From: Candidatus Bathyarchaeota archaeon
GTDB taxonomy: Archaea; Thermoproteota; Bathyarchaeia; Bathyarchaeales; Bathycorpusculaceae
Assembly: GCA_963828195.1 (NCBI GenBank)
Contig: CAWHDT010000001.1
Coordinates: forward strand, 383,357-447,356
Length of the DNA stretch: 64,000 nucleotides
Direction of reading: 5' to 3'
The notes under the pieces are model-generated. The model was not told the DNA's origin and did no database searches. It worked only from the letters and a program-made list of their open reading frames with translations. The position numbers were made by a program, and so were the translations under genes. This document shows positions 51,486 to 60,472 of this stretch, piece after piece (positions within the stretch are counted from its first letter, which is position 1; each line of letters starts with the position of its first letter).

Positions 51486-52255
51486 TCAATTTGCTGATTA
51501 TTCATTTTGAAATCATCTTCTTCAGGAACCTCGAACCATTGAAGTCTTGTTCCGAATCGATTTCTGATCTGCCATTTAAGATTCTTTGGGGCTTCTTCTA
51601 TCAACATATTCAGCGCCTCTGTTCTCATTTTAACGGTTTTCTCTTCACGAGTCGTTAATCCAAAACTGTCAATAATTGACAAAATTCTCAAAAGATTAGA
51701 AGTGAAAGTCTTGTATATCCCCCAGTTTTCAGCGCAAAGTTTTGCAAGGTAAGGTCCATTTATTTTTTCGCCATCGCTTAACCCTATTTCATGATCCAGA
51801 AAAAGTAAAACAATATCTTTGAAATCTTTGTCGGTAATTTGAACAATTTGAAGTTTGGTGGCTAATAGATCAGCAATAGAAAGTGTATATTGATCAGGTA
51901 GAAATCTCGCTCTGAAATCAAACTTGTGGCACATCTCAAATCGATCTAGAAATACATCAATTTTCCTTTGATTTGGAGAATCGATGAACATCAGCCTCTT
52001 ATGACCCATCAGCGCGTTGAACGTAACCCGAGGCGAGTAACCATTCTCTTGAAAAATTCTGTTTATTTCTCTTGAGTGCCTGGAAAGGCCCATGAAATCA
52101 AGATCAAGATGTTTTCTGGCAAAATTTCTCTGCCTTGACGAGGGGCATCTCAAGCATATTGCTACTCCGCCTAAGAGCCTCAAAAATACATGTCGTTTTG
52201 CACTTTCGTCAATGATTCGTCTGGCTTCGTTAATAGGATCCTCTAATAAATTCAT
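51482..52255 (-). CDS. Nucleotidyltransferase-fold protein
   Basis: 'RLLGGVAI...DLDF', 'IDVFLD.F.MCH', 'DLLATKLQIV.I..KD..D' (GG...DxD NTase signature). Confidence 0.75.
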   Translation of the reverse strand: MNLLEDPINEARRIIDESAKRHVFLRLLGGVAICLRCPSSRQRNFARKHLDLDFMGLSRHSREINRIFQENGYSPRVTFNALMGHKRLMFIDSPNQRKIDVFLDRFEMCHKFDFRARFLPDQYTLSIADLLATKLQIVQITDKDFKDIVLLFLDHEIGLSDGEKINGPYLAKLCAENWGIYKTFTSNLLRILSIIDSFGLTTREEKTVKMRTEALNMLIEEAPKNLKWQIRNRFGTRLQWFEVPEEDDFKMNNQQID

Positions 52256-52456
52256 TACAATAAATAGGGTATACGGATTTAATTAGAACTTTCGGTTGGT
52301 GATGCAGTGTAGTCTTTTATCACCTTACCACTTTTTGTTCTGCATGCAATCAACGATGATGAGACTTCAGCAGCGTAGCAGGCACCAAAAAAACTATAAG
52401 TTGCTTTGAATCTAAAACATAATTACTACAAATAAAAAAACAGAGGAGGTCGGAAA

Positions 52457-52534
52457 ATGAAAAAAACACCGAAGATTTTGTTCACCCCTAAAAAGAATTG
52501 CTTAAGTATGCCATCAAAAGAGAACAAGCAATAG
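52457..52534 (+). CDS. Putative RiPP precursor peptide (25 aa) MKKTPKILFTPKKNCLSMPSKENKQ
   Basis: AGAGGAGGT SD 6 nt upstream of ATG; ends 20 nt before the radical SAM gene; not in the ORF track. Confidence 0.7.
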   Translation: MKKTPKILFTPKKNCLSMPSKENKQ

Positions 52535-52554
52535 ATGCTTCAAATTATTAAGAG

Positions 52555-53862
52555 TTGTTTAGATTTGACACCTTCAGGAGGCATAAATTGAGATTTGATG
52601 TACCTTCCGTAGCTCAGATAGAGCTGACTTATGAGTGTAATAACCACTGCTGCTTTTGTTATAACTACTTAAGAGACGGGAAAGAAAATAAGTCATATAA
52701 AAATGAACTTAATACTAAACTATGGAAGGACATCATTTTAAAATTAAAAAAAGCAGGAGTTTTTCATGTATTATTTACCGGGGGAGAGCCCCTGCTCAGG
52801 GAAGATATAGCTGAATTGGTAAAGTTTGCAGTTCAGAACGGGCTTTCTTGCACAATTAATACAAATGGCAGGAAAATAACCGAAGAACTTGCAAATTTAT
52901 TGGAAAAATATGATGTTAATTTGAATATATCTTTGCATTCACTCAATCGAAGCATGCACAACTTTCTGACCAATACGGCTTCTTTTGACCAGGTTATTGA
53001 AAATTTTGGAATATTAAGCAAGCATAACATAATTACCTCTTTTAATACAACAGTCACAACAAAGAATCTTAAGGATTTGGATCCCACAATCGATTTTGTT
53101 ATCAATAATCTTAACGCAAACTTTACCGCAACCAGATTTATTTCCTGTGATCCATCACAGAAATACCTGGAACTAAAGGGAAAAAATATTTTAAAACTCA
53201 AGAAAATAATAAATGAAAATGTCAAAAAATACAAGAACAGAGTCAGATTGTTAACTTCTATTCCTTTATGTTCGTATCCGGAAGAGCCATCATCAACACA
53301 ATGCACCGCCGGAAAAACTTGGATTACCATAGATCCAGAAGGTTACATCAGGCCTTGCACGCATAGCCCTTCAAAATTCGGGAATGCCATTAATGACGAT
53401 ATAGCTGAAATTTGGCATTCCAAAGAGATGTCAGATTGGGTAAATAATATTCCCCAAAAATGCATGAGCTGCGATTTTCTTGAAGACTGCGGAGGCGGGT
53501 GTAAGGCTTCCGCAGAAATCTGTCACAAACCTCATGATCCTTTAATAACATTTAGAACAAAAAATATTAGCTCAAGCTTAGTGAGCTATGAAAATGAGCC
53601 CCTCTCGTTAAACGAACCTTACAGATTTATCGAAAAGCCCAGAATTAGGAAAATGGACGACGAAAATATAATATTATTCACATTGAATAAGTCGTTCGTT
53701 CTTAACAATGAAGCTTATATGGTAATCAAGAACTTAGAAGGCGATTTTTCAGTCTCTGACTTGATAAAAAAATTTCCTGAAAACTGGAAAGAAGACATAA
53801 TTACTTTATTTCAAGAATTAAATAATGAGAATGTGTTAGGGAAGAACAATGCTGGGCAATAG
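52555..53862 (+). CDS. Radical SAM/SPASM peptide maturase with C-terminal PqqD/RRE-like domain
   Basis: CNNHCCFC; TGGEPLLR; NTNG; SPASM 'CTAG......DPEG.IRPC' and 'CMSCDFLEDCGGGC'. The last ~75 aa have the 3-strand/3-helix RRE pattern (LNNEAYMVIKNLEG..SVSDL...DI...FQEL..ENVL). Confidence 0.88.
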   Translation: MFRFDTFRRHKLRFDVPSVAQIELTYECNNHCCFCYNYLRDGKENKSYKNELNTKLWKDIILKLKKAGVFHVLFTGGEPLLREDIAELVKFAVQNGLSCTINTNGRKITEELANLLEKYDVNLNISLHSLNRSMHNFLTNTASFDQVIENFGILSKHNIITSFNTTVTTKNLKDLDPTIDFVINNLNANFTATRFISCDPSQKYLELKGKNILKLKKIINENVKKYKNRVRLLTSIPLCSYPEEPSSTQCTAGKTWITIDPEGYIRPCTHSPSKFGNAINDDIAEIWHSKEMSDWVNNIPQKCMSCDFLEDCGGGCKASAEICHKPHDPLITFRTKNISSSLVSYENEPLSLNEPYRFIEKPRIRKMDDENIILFTLNKSFVLNNEAYMVIKNLEGDFSVSDLIKKFPENWKEDIITLFQELNNENVLGKNNAGQ

Positions 53863-54355
53863 ATTAATTTTCATTAATGCCGTAAAAGAGCTTAACAGCA
53901 TTGTTTTAGGACCACATTTGAAGGATTACTTAATCTGCGATGAAACTAAGGAAGCGCTTGAAAAACTGAACGATAACCTTCTTCTTGATTATCTTGGGTT
54001 TAATGACGAATTCCTTGTAAAAATAAATAATTTGTCAAAGCAGTCATCTGATCCGCTTATTTTTAGCTTACTAGTTTTAAATTTTGTATTGGAAATCTCA
54101 AAATACGACATCGATTTGATTAATAGTGATAAAGCAAAATTCGGTTTTAACGATTCTCTTATGCAAAGTTGTCCCGAAAAAAAAGAGAATATTTTTAGCG
54201 AATGTCTAGTAAATTCAATAGAATCTATCAAGACGAAAATGTTCGAAAATCTAAGCACTTGCGAATTCAGTCGGCTCGATGGGTTTCTTAAAAAAAAGGA
54301 AAACGCAGAACTGTTCTTAAACCTTGTAAGAGGCCTGGACTATGAAGATATTTGA
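53849..54355 (+). CDS. Hypothetical helical protein in the RiPP operon
   Basis: Overlaps both neighbours by 14 nt (translational coupling). Confidence 0.7.
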   Translation: MLGNRLIFINAVKELNSIVLGPHLKDYLICDETKEALEKLNDNLLLDYLGFNDEFLVKINNLSKQSSDPLIFSLLVLNFVLEISKYDIDLINSDKAKFGFNDSLMQSCPEKKENIFSECLVNSIESIKTKMFENLSTCEFSRLDGFLKKKENAELFLNLVRGLDYEDI

Positions 54356-55262
54356 CATAATTAAAATCAATTTTTTTAAAAGAGACAAATATAAAGGAGC
54401 CTATCAGATACTTTCAGAAAGAGGTTTCAAGCCATATTATACTGCAATGTTTATTGACGTTGACACCTGGAAAATGATGGGCGGAATTAAAGATAAGTCT
54501 CATGCGCCAAGAGACTACGCTATAGCTTGGTTTTTATGTCACTACATTTCCATAGCTGACGACATTGTAGAACAGCTCTCTTCAAACAAAGAGTATGTAC
54601 TGACAAACTTATACGGGCAATCATTGCAGATAGATGATCCCATCTTAGAGCTTCATAATTCATATGATTCTATGCTCGAATTAGCCTCGGAATGCCCTTC
54701 TAGTAACAAAGATCTAATTTGTAATATCTTCTCATTGATGCGGTATTATTTCGCAGAATCATTTGCATTAGAAAAAAAGAATGGATTCAATTTGACTGTT
54801 AAGGAATATGAAGACTACTGCAGTCTCAAAGCCGGAACTTTGGGAAGATACCTCTCAGAAATATATGGACTGCTTTACAATTTGCCTAGAAATAAGAGAG
54901 TTGAATTGAATTATTTCTTCGACCACTTATATAGATCAATCCAGATATTCGATGATTTCGAAGACATATTGGATGACTATAAGAAAAATCCTAACCTTTT
55001 TTTTGTCGTACTGAACCAATACGAAGAAGAAAAAGAAAAGGTTTTCAATTATCTTGAAAAGGATACTTTAACGCGAGTCAAGATGAGAGTTTCAGATGTG
55101 AATCCTTCTTTCTATGGAAAAATTAGAAAGTTAGCTCCCAAAACGACAAAAGGGGTCCAAGAGATTTACGGAAAAGAGCTTAAGAAAGCGTTCAAAAATT
55201 TCAAGTATCTATATCGATATTATAGAACTGTTTCCAAAATCAGTAAGAATATCAAATTATAA
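54342..55262 (+). CDS. Class I isoprenoid-synthase-fold protein (putative peptide prenyltransferase/terpene synthase)
   Basis: Asp-rich motif 1 'IADDIVE', 'Y..YC.LKAG' and motif 2 'QIFDDFEDILDD...N.N'. Confidence 0.72.
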   Translation: MKIFDIIKINFFKRDKYKGAYQILSERGFKPYYTAMFIDVDTWKMMGGIKDKSHAPRDYAIAWFLCHYISIADDIVEQLSSNKEYVLTNLYGQSLQIDDPILELHNSYDSMLELASECPSSNKDLICNIFSLMRYYFAESFALEKKNGFNLTVKEYEDYCSLKAGTLGRYLSEIYGLLYNLPRNKRVELNYFFDHLYRSIQIFDDFEDILDDYKKNPNLFFVVLNQYEEEKEKVFNYLEKDTLTRVKMRVSDVNPSFYGKIRKLAPKTTKGVQEIYGKELKKAFKNFKYLYRYYRTVSKISKNIKL

Positions 55263-55433
55263 ACGCATATCTGCGGTTCATGAATAAATCATATGGCTCT
55301 CATTTTGGATTATTTTCGTGCAGTTCAGTCGCTCTTATCCTTTTCAGGTTAACCAAATTTGACTAACGCTTTATTGTACTCATATCAAGATCTCCGATAA
55401 CTCATAATCAAGCATTCTGCGCGGAACCGTCAT

Positions 55434-57441
55434 TTGAGTGATTTAACAAAAAGTGGTTTGGGCAAAGCATTTAAGCGAATAAGTTGGAATATGAAACTTG
55501 GAGTTACTTTGTCCCAATTCGATTCATATAATGGGATTCTTTCGATAACGGTGACAGCGAGAGTTCCAAGTAAGTGGGAGTCGTCTTTTTTTAGCGGAAG
55601 CGCAATTACCAACTCAGAACAAGCACTTACTAATTTATTTGAAAACAACCCGGAATTAAAATTGGTACAACACTCGGAATTCTTAGAGTGTAAGGAAATA
55701 TGCAATGGGAAAAAATTCCTGTCGGTCAACGAAAAAACCAAAGAATGCTCTTACCAAACAAGTAGTATTGATGATTTCCCAAGCCCCAAGTTGTTCGAAT
55801 TTCCTCAGCATCCAGATCCAGATCCGAAGAAATCAAAATCGGGAGGGCTAGACTATATTTTGAACGCAAGGCGCGGGAATCAAATTCGTGGGCGCGGAAT
55901 TCTCAGAAATTTCCATCGCAATGAATCGCAGCTTGATAACGGAATTTGTCACAATGAATTTGTATGTGTTCCCATGAATTGTTATGTCCCTACGAACTGC
56001 TACCTCCCTACAGCCTATGATGAAACTGGTAAACTTGTAACAAGACGACTTCTGGGAGAATTCACATCGAGCTACCAAGTTCTTGCAGAACTCTTGCTTA
56101 TGCTTGGAAGAAGGCGAAGCTATGTGTTTTCGCCAGATCTTTCTAAGAGGGTATTCAATGTTTTACTCCCGCCTGCAGTACTTTCTATCCCTGACTCTAA
56201 GGCGAGAGAGGGATATTTGATGATTCCAATCCTAACCTTTTTTGGGCAGCCTAAAGGGGGTTTTCGAAGAACTATATCGTTGAGCATGGTTTTAATTCCC
56301 GAACGGATGGAGCTTGGCGTTCCACGGATTTTATCGATCGATGAAATGAGTCTGCTGCTGTCTACCCAAGATCGCTTCGGGTCGAACTTATGATAATCCC
56401 CCAAAGTTTATTGTTAACGGAGCACTTTGTAAATCCGGAATTATTTCTGACAAAAAGCGAAATTCTTCCGGGAAGCTGGATTTACCAAGATTAGACGACC
56501 TTCGATCTGAAATTTTGAAGTGGGTATTTAGACTGCTCTTTTCGGAAATCGATGGATCTAAGGAGGGAAGCGATATTTGCCGAAATAAACTGGTGGCTGA
56601 TCAAATATATACATCCGGAATTCATTCTAGAGTTCAAAGCGGAAGTTTTCTTATTGAAATGCTCGGAATTTCCAAACTCGATGCTTTGCAAATTTTTGAG
56701 AATTATCGTACAGGCGACATCACAACATTGCTTGAGAACAAGCTACAATCCCTTGTTAGTGCTCCGTATGTAGGATCAGAACCTCAAATTTCTTTAAACC
56801 CTCGCAAACTGCTTGTCTACCCCAGGGAGGATACTTTAGCTGAACAAGGTTGTCTCATGGCATACGAGCCAATAACCAGCTGGCTCGTAGGCGTTATTCC
56901 GTCTCAAATTGAAAACTGGCCCAAAAGTTCAATTAAAAATCTCTTTGATTGGAACCTGTACATTTGCATTTCACTCTCTGTAGTAAAGGAAATGTCTTTT
57001 GCTTTTTATCATGAAATAGAGTCGAAAGATAATTCGGATCATTTGGATTCGCTATTGGACATATCAAAAGAGTTTGTTGAGGATTTTGAAGAATTCTATG
57101 ACATAGATTTTGTTAGTCCTCCTCATAAGTTGGCATTTGAGATTGCAAGAAAAAGTGAGGGGATAGATGAAGAGTACGAACGTCTTAAAGATAAAATTGA
57201 TGCGTTGAGCGATGATATGACAGTTACGGCAAGCAGTTTAGTCAATAAACTTGTTGCAGTTCTCGCGGCAGGCACTATTGAATCAACGTTATTTGTTTAT
57301 TATGCGCCGAATTTTGGAACGTTAGGAATACTTTCTTTTGTTGCGATCCTGGGGATTCTCTTTGCAACGTTAGCGGGTATTCTCAAATTTTGGAATCATC
57401 TTGAATCCCTGTTCAAGCGGTTGGCTTCCAATAACAAGTGA
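55434..57441 (+). pseudogene. ~670-aa hypothetical protein with C-terminal coiled coil + 2 TM, split by one frameshift at ~56350-56390
   Basis: The frame of ORF 56515..57441 is open back to 56350 and overlaps the end of ORF 55434..56393; two hydrophobic helices at the C-terminus. Confidence 0.6.
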
Positions 57442-57526
57442 ACTACGATCATATCTTCGTCACTGTAAAACTATTTACCAGATATTTTTTCCTATGCCAA
57501 GGGGTCGATCTTCAGCGCATGACGAT

Positions 57527-57644
57527 AAGGGTAAGAGGCGCAAGTAGTCGGATCGCGTTCAAAATGAAACTGACATGACGACCTATGGATTTCTCCTAGC
57601 AGATTACAATGCGATAGCCGACTATTCCCTCCGAACTTGCCCTT
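57527..57644 (+). other. Long imperfect hairpin followed by a T-run
   Basis: AAGGGTAAG/CTTGCCCTT, TAGTCGG/CCGACTA and ATCGCGTT/AATGCGAT nested pairings; T9 at ~57648. Confidence 0.5.
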
Positions 57645-57810
57645 TGATTTTTTTTATAGCGAAGCCTGCAGCGCTTCCGCTAAACTTTCAATTAAGTAAA
57701 AAAATAGCTTAACAATAAAAAGAACTAGTAGTTTTTTCTCGTTAGAAGCCGCGCATCCTTTCGACGGCACTACTATGTAAAATGTTTATCAAGAAAGGGA
57801 AAAAACGTGT

Positions 57811-57905
57811 GATGTCGCAACATAGCCGAGGTACAAATCCTTGTAGCCAATGGTTCCAAACCATTCGGGTTCAAGACCCAGATGGGATCCTCCCCCACTC
57901 ACCAC
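57811..57905 (+). ncRNA. Candidate multi-hairpin, tRNA-like small RNA
   Basis: TTTATC box ~25 nt upstream; hairpins CGAGG-TACAAAT-CCTTG, AATGG-TTCCAAA-CCATT, GGG-TTCAAGA-CCC, TGGG-ATCCTCC-CCCA; ends ACCA then a T-run. Confidence 0.4.
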
Positions 57906-58065
57906 CTTTTTCGGCTCTTCATAGAAGTTAAAAGTATTTGCGGGATAATCCCCACCGGCAAGTCAGAATGAATAAGGATTCGCTTAAATTCCAGACTGTG
58001 CGAAAACTCCATAGATTTTTGAGGGAGCAATAAACATAAATACGTAATAGCTCTAATAGAGCACT

Positions 58066-58275
58066 ATGCCAAGGAAAGTTAATTTTCAAACCACCAACGA
58101 GCTAACTGTGAAAGGAATCGTCGGCTTCGTCAAGAGAAAAGTCACTCCTCACGGAACTGGCGCCAAAGTAACCTGCCCAAAGGAATACCTCGGAAAAACC
58201 GCCTACCTCATCATAACAAACGAGCCCTGGCAACCAACCGCGGAAACTGACAACAAGGAAAGCGAACAACCATGA
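58066..58275 (+). CDS. DUF2080-type transposase-associated protein (IS passenger)
   Basis: 'KVTPHGTGAKVTCPKEYLGKTAYLII'; overlaps the transposase start. Confidence 0.8.
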   Translation: MPRKVNFQTTNELTVKGIVGFVKRKVTPHGTGAKVTCPKEYLGKTAYLIITNEPWQPTAETDNKESEQP

Positions 58276-59744
58276 GCGAGCACATAAACGGAACACACCG
58301 AGACCAAACCGTACTCTTCCCAGACAAACTTGATGACTACGTTGACAGGGAAAATCCAGTCAGGTTCATAGACGCTTTCATCGACAGCCTCAATTTGGAA
58401 AAGCTCGGCTTCAAACACTCCATCCCAAACGAGGAAGGAAGACCGCCCTACAACCCATCAGACTTGCTCAAGCTGTATGTCTACGGCTACCTGAATCAGA
58501 TAAGGTCAAGCCGAAAACTCGAAAGAGAATGCCACAGAAACGTTGAAGTGATGTGGCTAATGAAGAAACTCACCCCTGACCATAAAACCATCGCTGACTT
58601 CCGCAAAGACAACGTCGGCTGCATCAAACCCGTGTTCAAGGAGTTCGTCTACCTCTGCCGCTCACTAGATCTCTACGATGCCCAGCTCGTCGCCATAGAC
58701 GGGAGCAAGTTCAAGGCCGTGAACTCCACAAAGAGGAACCTCAACGAGAAGACGTTACCAGAGAGGTTGAAGCGCGTCGAAGATAAGATAGCTCAGTACC
58801 TGAAGAACTTGGAGGAGAACGACGAGGCTGAACAGGAGGTTAAGGACGATGATAGCAGTACCGCCGCTGTGAAGATCGACAGGTTAAGGGAGAAGCTCGC
58901 CGAGCTTGAAGAGAAGAAGCAGGAGTATGTCCGGTCTCAGAATTTGATGATGGAGACAGGGCAGAAGGAGGTCTCCCTCACCGACCCTGACAGCAGACTG
59001 ATGATGACCGACAGTCAGAAGTTGGATGTCTGTTACAATGTTGAGTCTGCAGTAGACTCCAAGAACCACCTTGTGGTCGATTACGACATCACAAATGACG
59101 CCAACGACAGGTACCAACTCGCAGGAATGGCTCAGAAAGCGAAGATGATTCTGGAGGTGGAGAAGCTGGATGTTACGGCAGACAAGGGATTCTGTACAGG
59201 GAGTGAGCTGAAGAAATGTGAGGAGAATGGGATAACCGCATACGTCGCCATACCGGAAGAGACCATGCCCAACAAGAAGTTGGGAGTACCAGCGCCTGAA
59301 TTCTACTCGCAAAGATTTGCGTATGATCCTCTCAGAGACGTATACGTCTGTCCCGCCAATCAGGTGATGGGCTTCTGGAAGGGCAGATGGAAGAACCGCG
59401 GCAGGCTATACAGGACAGCAGCGTGCGCCGCATGTCCTCTCAGGAGCAGATGTACGAGGAGCAAGCAGGGCAGGATAATTTTCAGGTCGGAGTATCAGGA
59501 TGTCATCGACAGGCTCAGGGCGAGGCTCAAGAGCGATGAGGGATCTGGCAAGCTCAAGAGGAGAAAGGAGATTGTCGAGCACCCGTTCGGCACGATGAAA
59601 AGGGCGTTCAATCAGGCATACCTGTTGCTCAAAGGCCTGAGGAAGGTGAACGGAGAGGTCGGATTCACGATGCTGGCTTACAATATGAGAAGAGTCATCA
59701 ACATTCTTGGAGTTGGAATGCTAATAAGCTTGGTGAAGTCATAA
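58272..59744 (+). CDS. IS1182-family DDE transposase
   Basis: GRPPYNP..LLKLY.YGY, SSRKLE, PDHKTIADFR, IDGSKFKA, TDPDSRLM, ADKGF, VEHPFGTMK. Confidence 0.96.
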   Translation: MSEHINGTHRDQTVLFPDKLDDYVDRENPVRFIDAFIDSLNLEKLGFKHSIPNEEGRPPYNPSDLLKLYVYGYLNQIRSSRKLERECHRNVEVMWLMKKLTPDHKTIADFRKDNVGCIKPVFKEFVYLCRSLDLYDAQLVAIDGSKFKAVNSTKRNLNEKTLPERLKRVEDKIAQYLKNLEENDEAEQEVKDDDSSTAAVKIDRLREKLAELEEKKQEYVRSQNLMMETGQKEVSLTDPDSRLMMTDSQKLDVCYNVESAVDSKNHLVVDYDITNDANDRYQLAGMAQKAKMILEVEKLDVTADKGFCTGSELKKCEENGITAYVAIPEETMPNKKLGVPAPEFYSQRFAYDPLRDVYVCPANQVMGFWKGRWKNRGRLYRTAACAACPLRSRCTRSKQGRIIFRSEYQDVIDRLRARLKSDEGSGKLKRRKEIVEHPFGTMKRAFNQAYLLLKGLRKVNGEVGFTMLAYNMRRVINILGVGMLISLVKS

Positions 59745-59976
59745 AAAAGCGAAAACAAGTGACAAAGGATTCCGAGCAATAGCTTGAGGGATAGATGCTT
59801 TTAGGCTTTAGCGCTGAGTTTTGACGCAGTCTGATAATTAAGCGAGTCCCAGCGGGCCCGCTTCTTTGTTTCTTAAAAACGCAGCTATTTGGTTGTGGTT
59901 GTGTAAGTGTGACAACAACGTTTCATATACTTCCATTGCTAATGTGAAGCAACCTCGCTGGCAAAAGTGTGACTTT

Positions 59977-60102
59977 ATGGCTTGTTGTCAAAACTGTGGA
60001 AAAAACATCGCTAAGCCCGATAAGAAGATTGAGAACGACTTGTTTTGTGTCGCGTTATACACTTGTGACCGTTGTGGCGCAAGCTTCAAGGTAACCTACT
60101 GA
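59977..60102 (+). CDS. Zn-ribbon microprotein (41 aa)
   Basis: MACCQNCG...YTCDRCGASFK; ATG at 59977 is more plausible than the ORF-track start. Confidence 0.6.
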   Translation: MACCQNCGKNIAKPDKKIENDLFCVALYTCDRCGASFKVTY

Positions 60103-60371
60103 ACCGTTTTTGTGGCTTCTTTAGGCCTGTAGATAACCACTTCGTCTTCTTCCTCTTTTAACGCTAGACTGTATTTTTCGGCAATATTTCTGACCTGCCG
60201 TTTAGTTTCAGCATCAAGAACCGTTTTAATATGCACTTGATACCCTACCGCGTTTTGATCATCCGTCCTTGAACGGAATAAGTCAACTGAATCAGGTGTC
60301 ATAAACCCGCAAGTACTAGTGATTTCTTTTAAAAAAGTGATTGCTTCCTCTCTTTTCATACTGCAAATCAC
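60096..60371 (-). CDS. Small hypothetical protein (paralog of 10794/11217 family)
   Basis: MKREEAITFLKEI...GYQVHIK...IAEKYSLALKEE...VVIY. Confidence 0.72.
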   Translation of the reverse strand: MICSMKREEAITFLKEITSTCGFMTPDSVDLFRSRTDDQNAVGYQVHIKTVLDAETKRQVRNIAEKYSLALKEEEDEVVIYRPKEATKTVQ

Positions 60372-60472
60372 CGTGTATACTCTGTCTCATGTTTCAATAT
60401 AAGCTTTGGCACTTTCCCTCTGCGAACATTAAAATAATGCGGCTGGCTCGATTTCTCGTCTAAACCATCGTT

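Larger units (their letters stand above)
57992..59833 (+). mobile_element. IS1182-family insertion sequence
   Basis: Imperfect 18-bp terminal IRs CAGACTGTGCGAAAACTC (57992-58009) / GAGTTTTGACGCAGTCTG (59816-59833); GC-richer than flanks. Confidence 0.9.
41650..59850. mobile_element. tRNA-adjacent accessory/genomic island (~18 kb)
   Basis: Begins just after tRNA-Arg; patchy orientation and base composition; broken genes; IS; matching palindromes at both ends; tRNA-3'-like fragment at the right end. No integrase seen. Confidence 0.6.

Noticed and set aside
57850-57866. tRNA-Trp call from AATGG-TTCCAAA-CCATT
   Set aside because: No D-arm or acceptor stem can be built; kept only as an unassigned RNA candidate.
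58884-59312. Long antisense ORFs (here and at 16178, 27196, 52833 etc.)
   Set aside because: Shadows of well-supported genes on the opposite strand.
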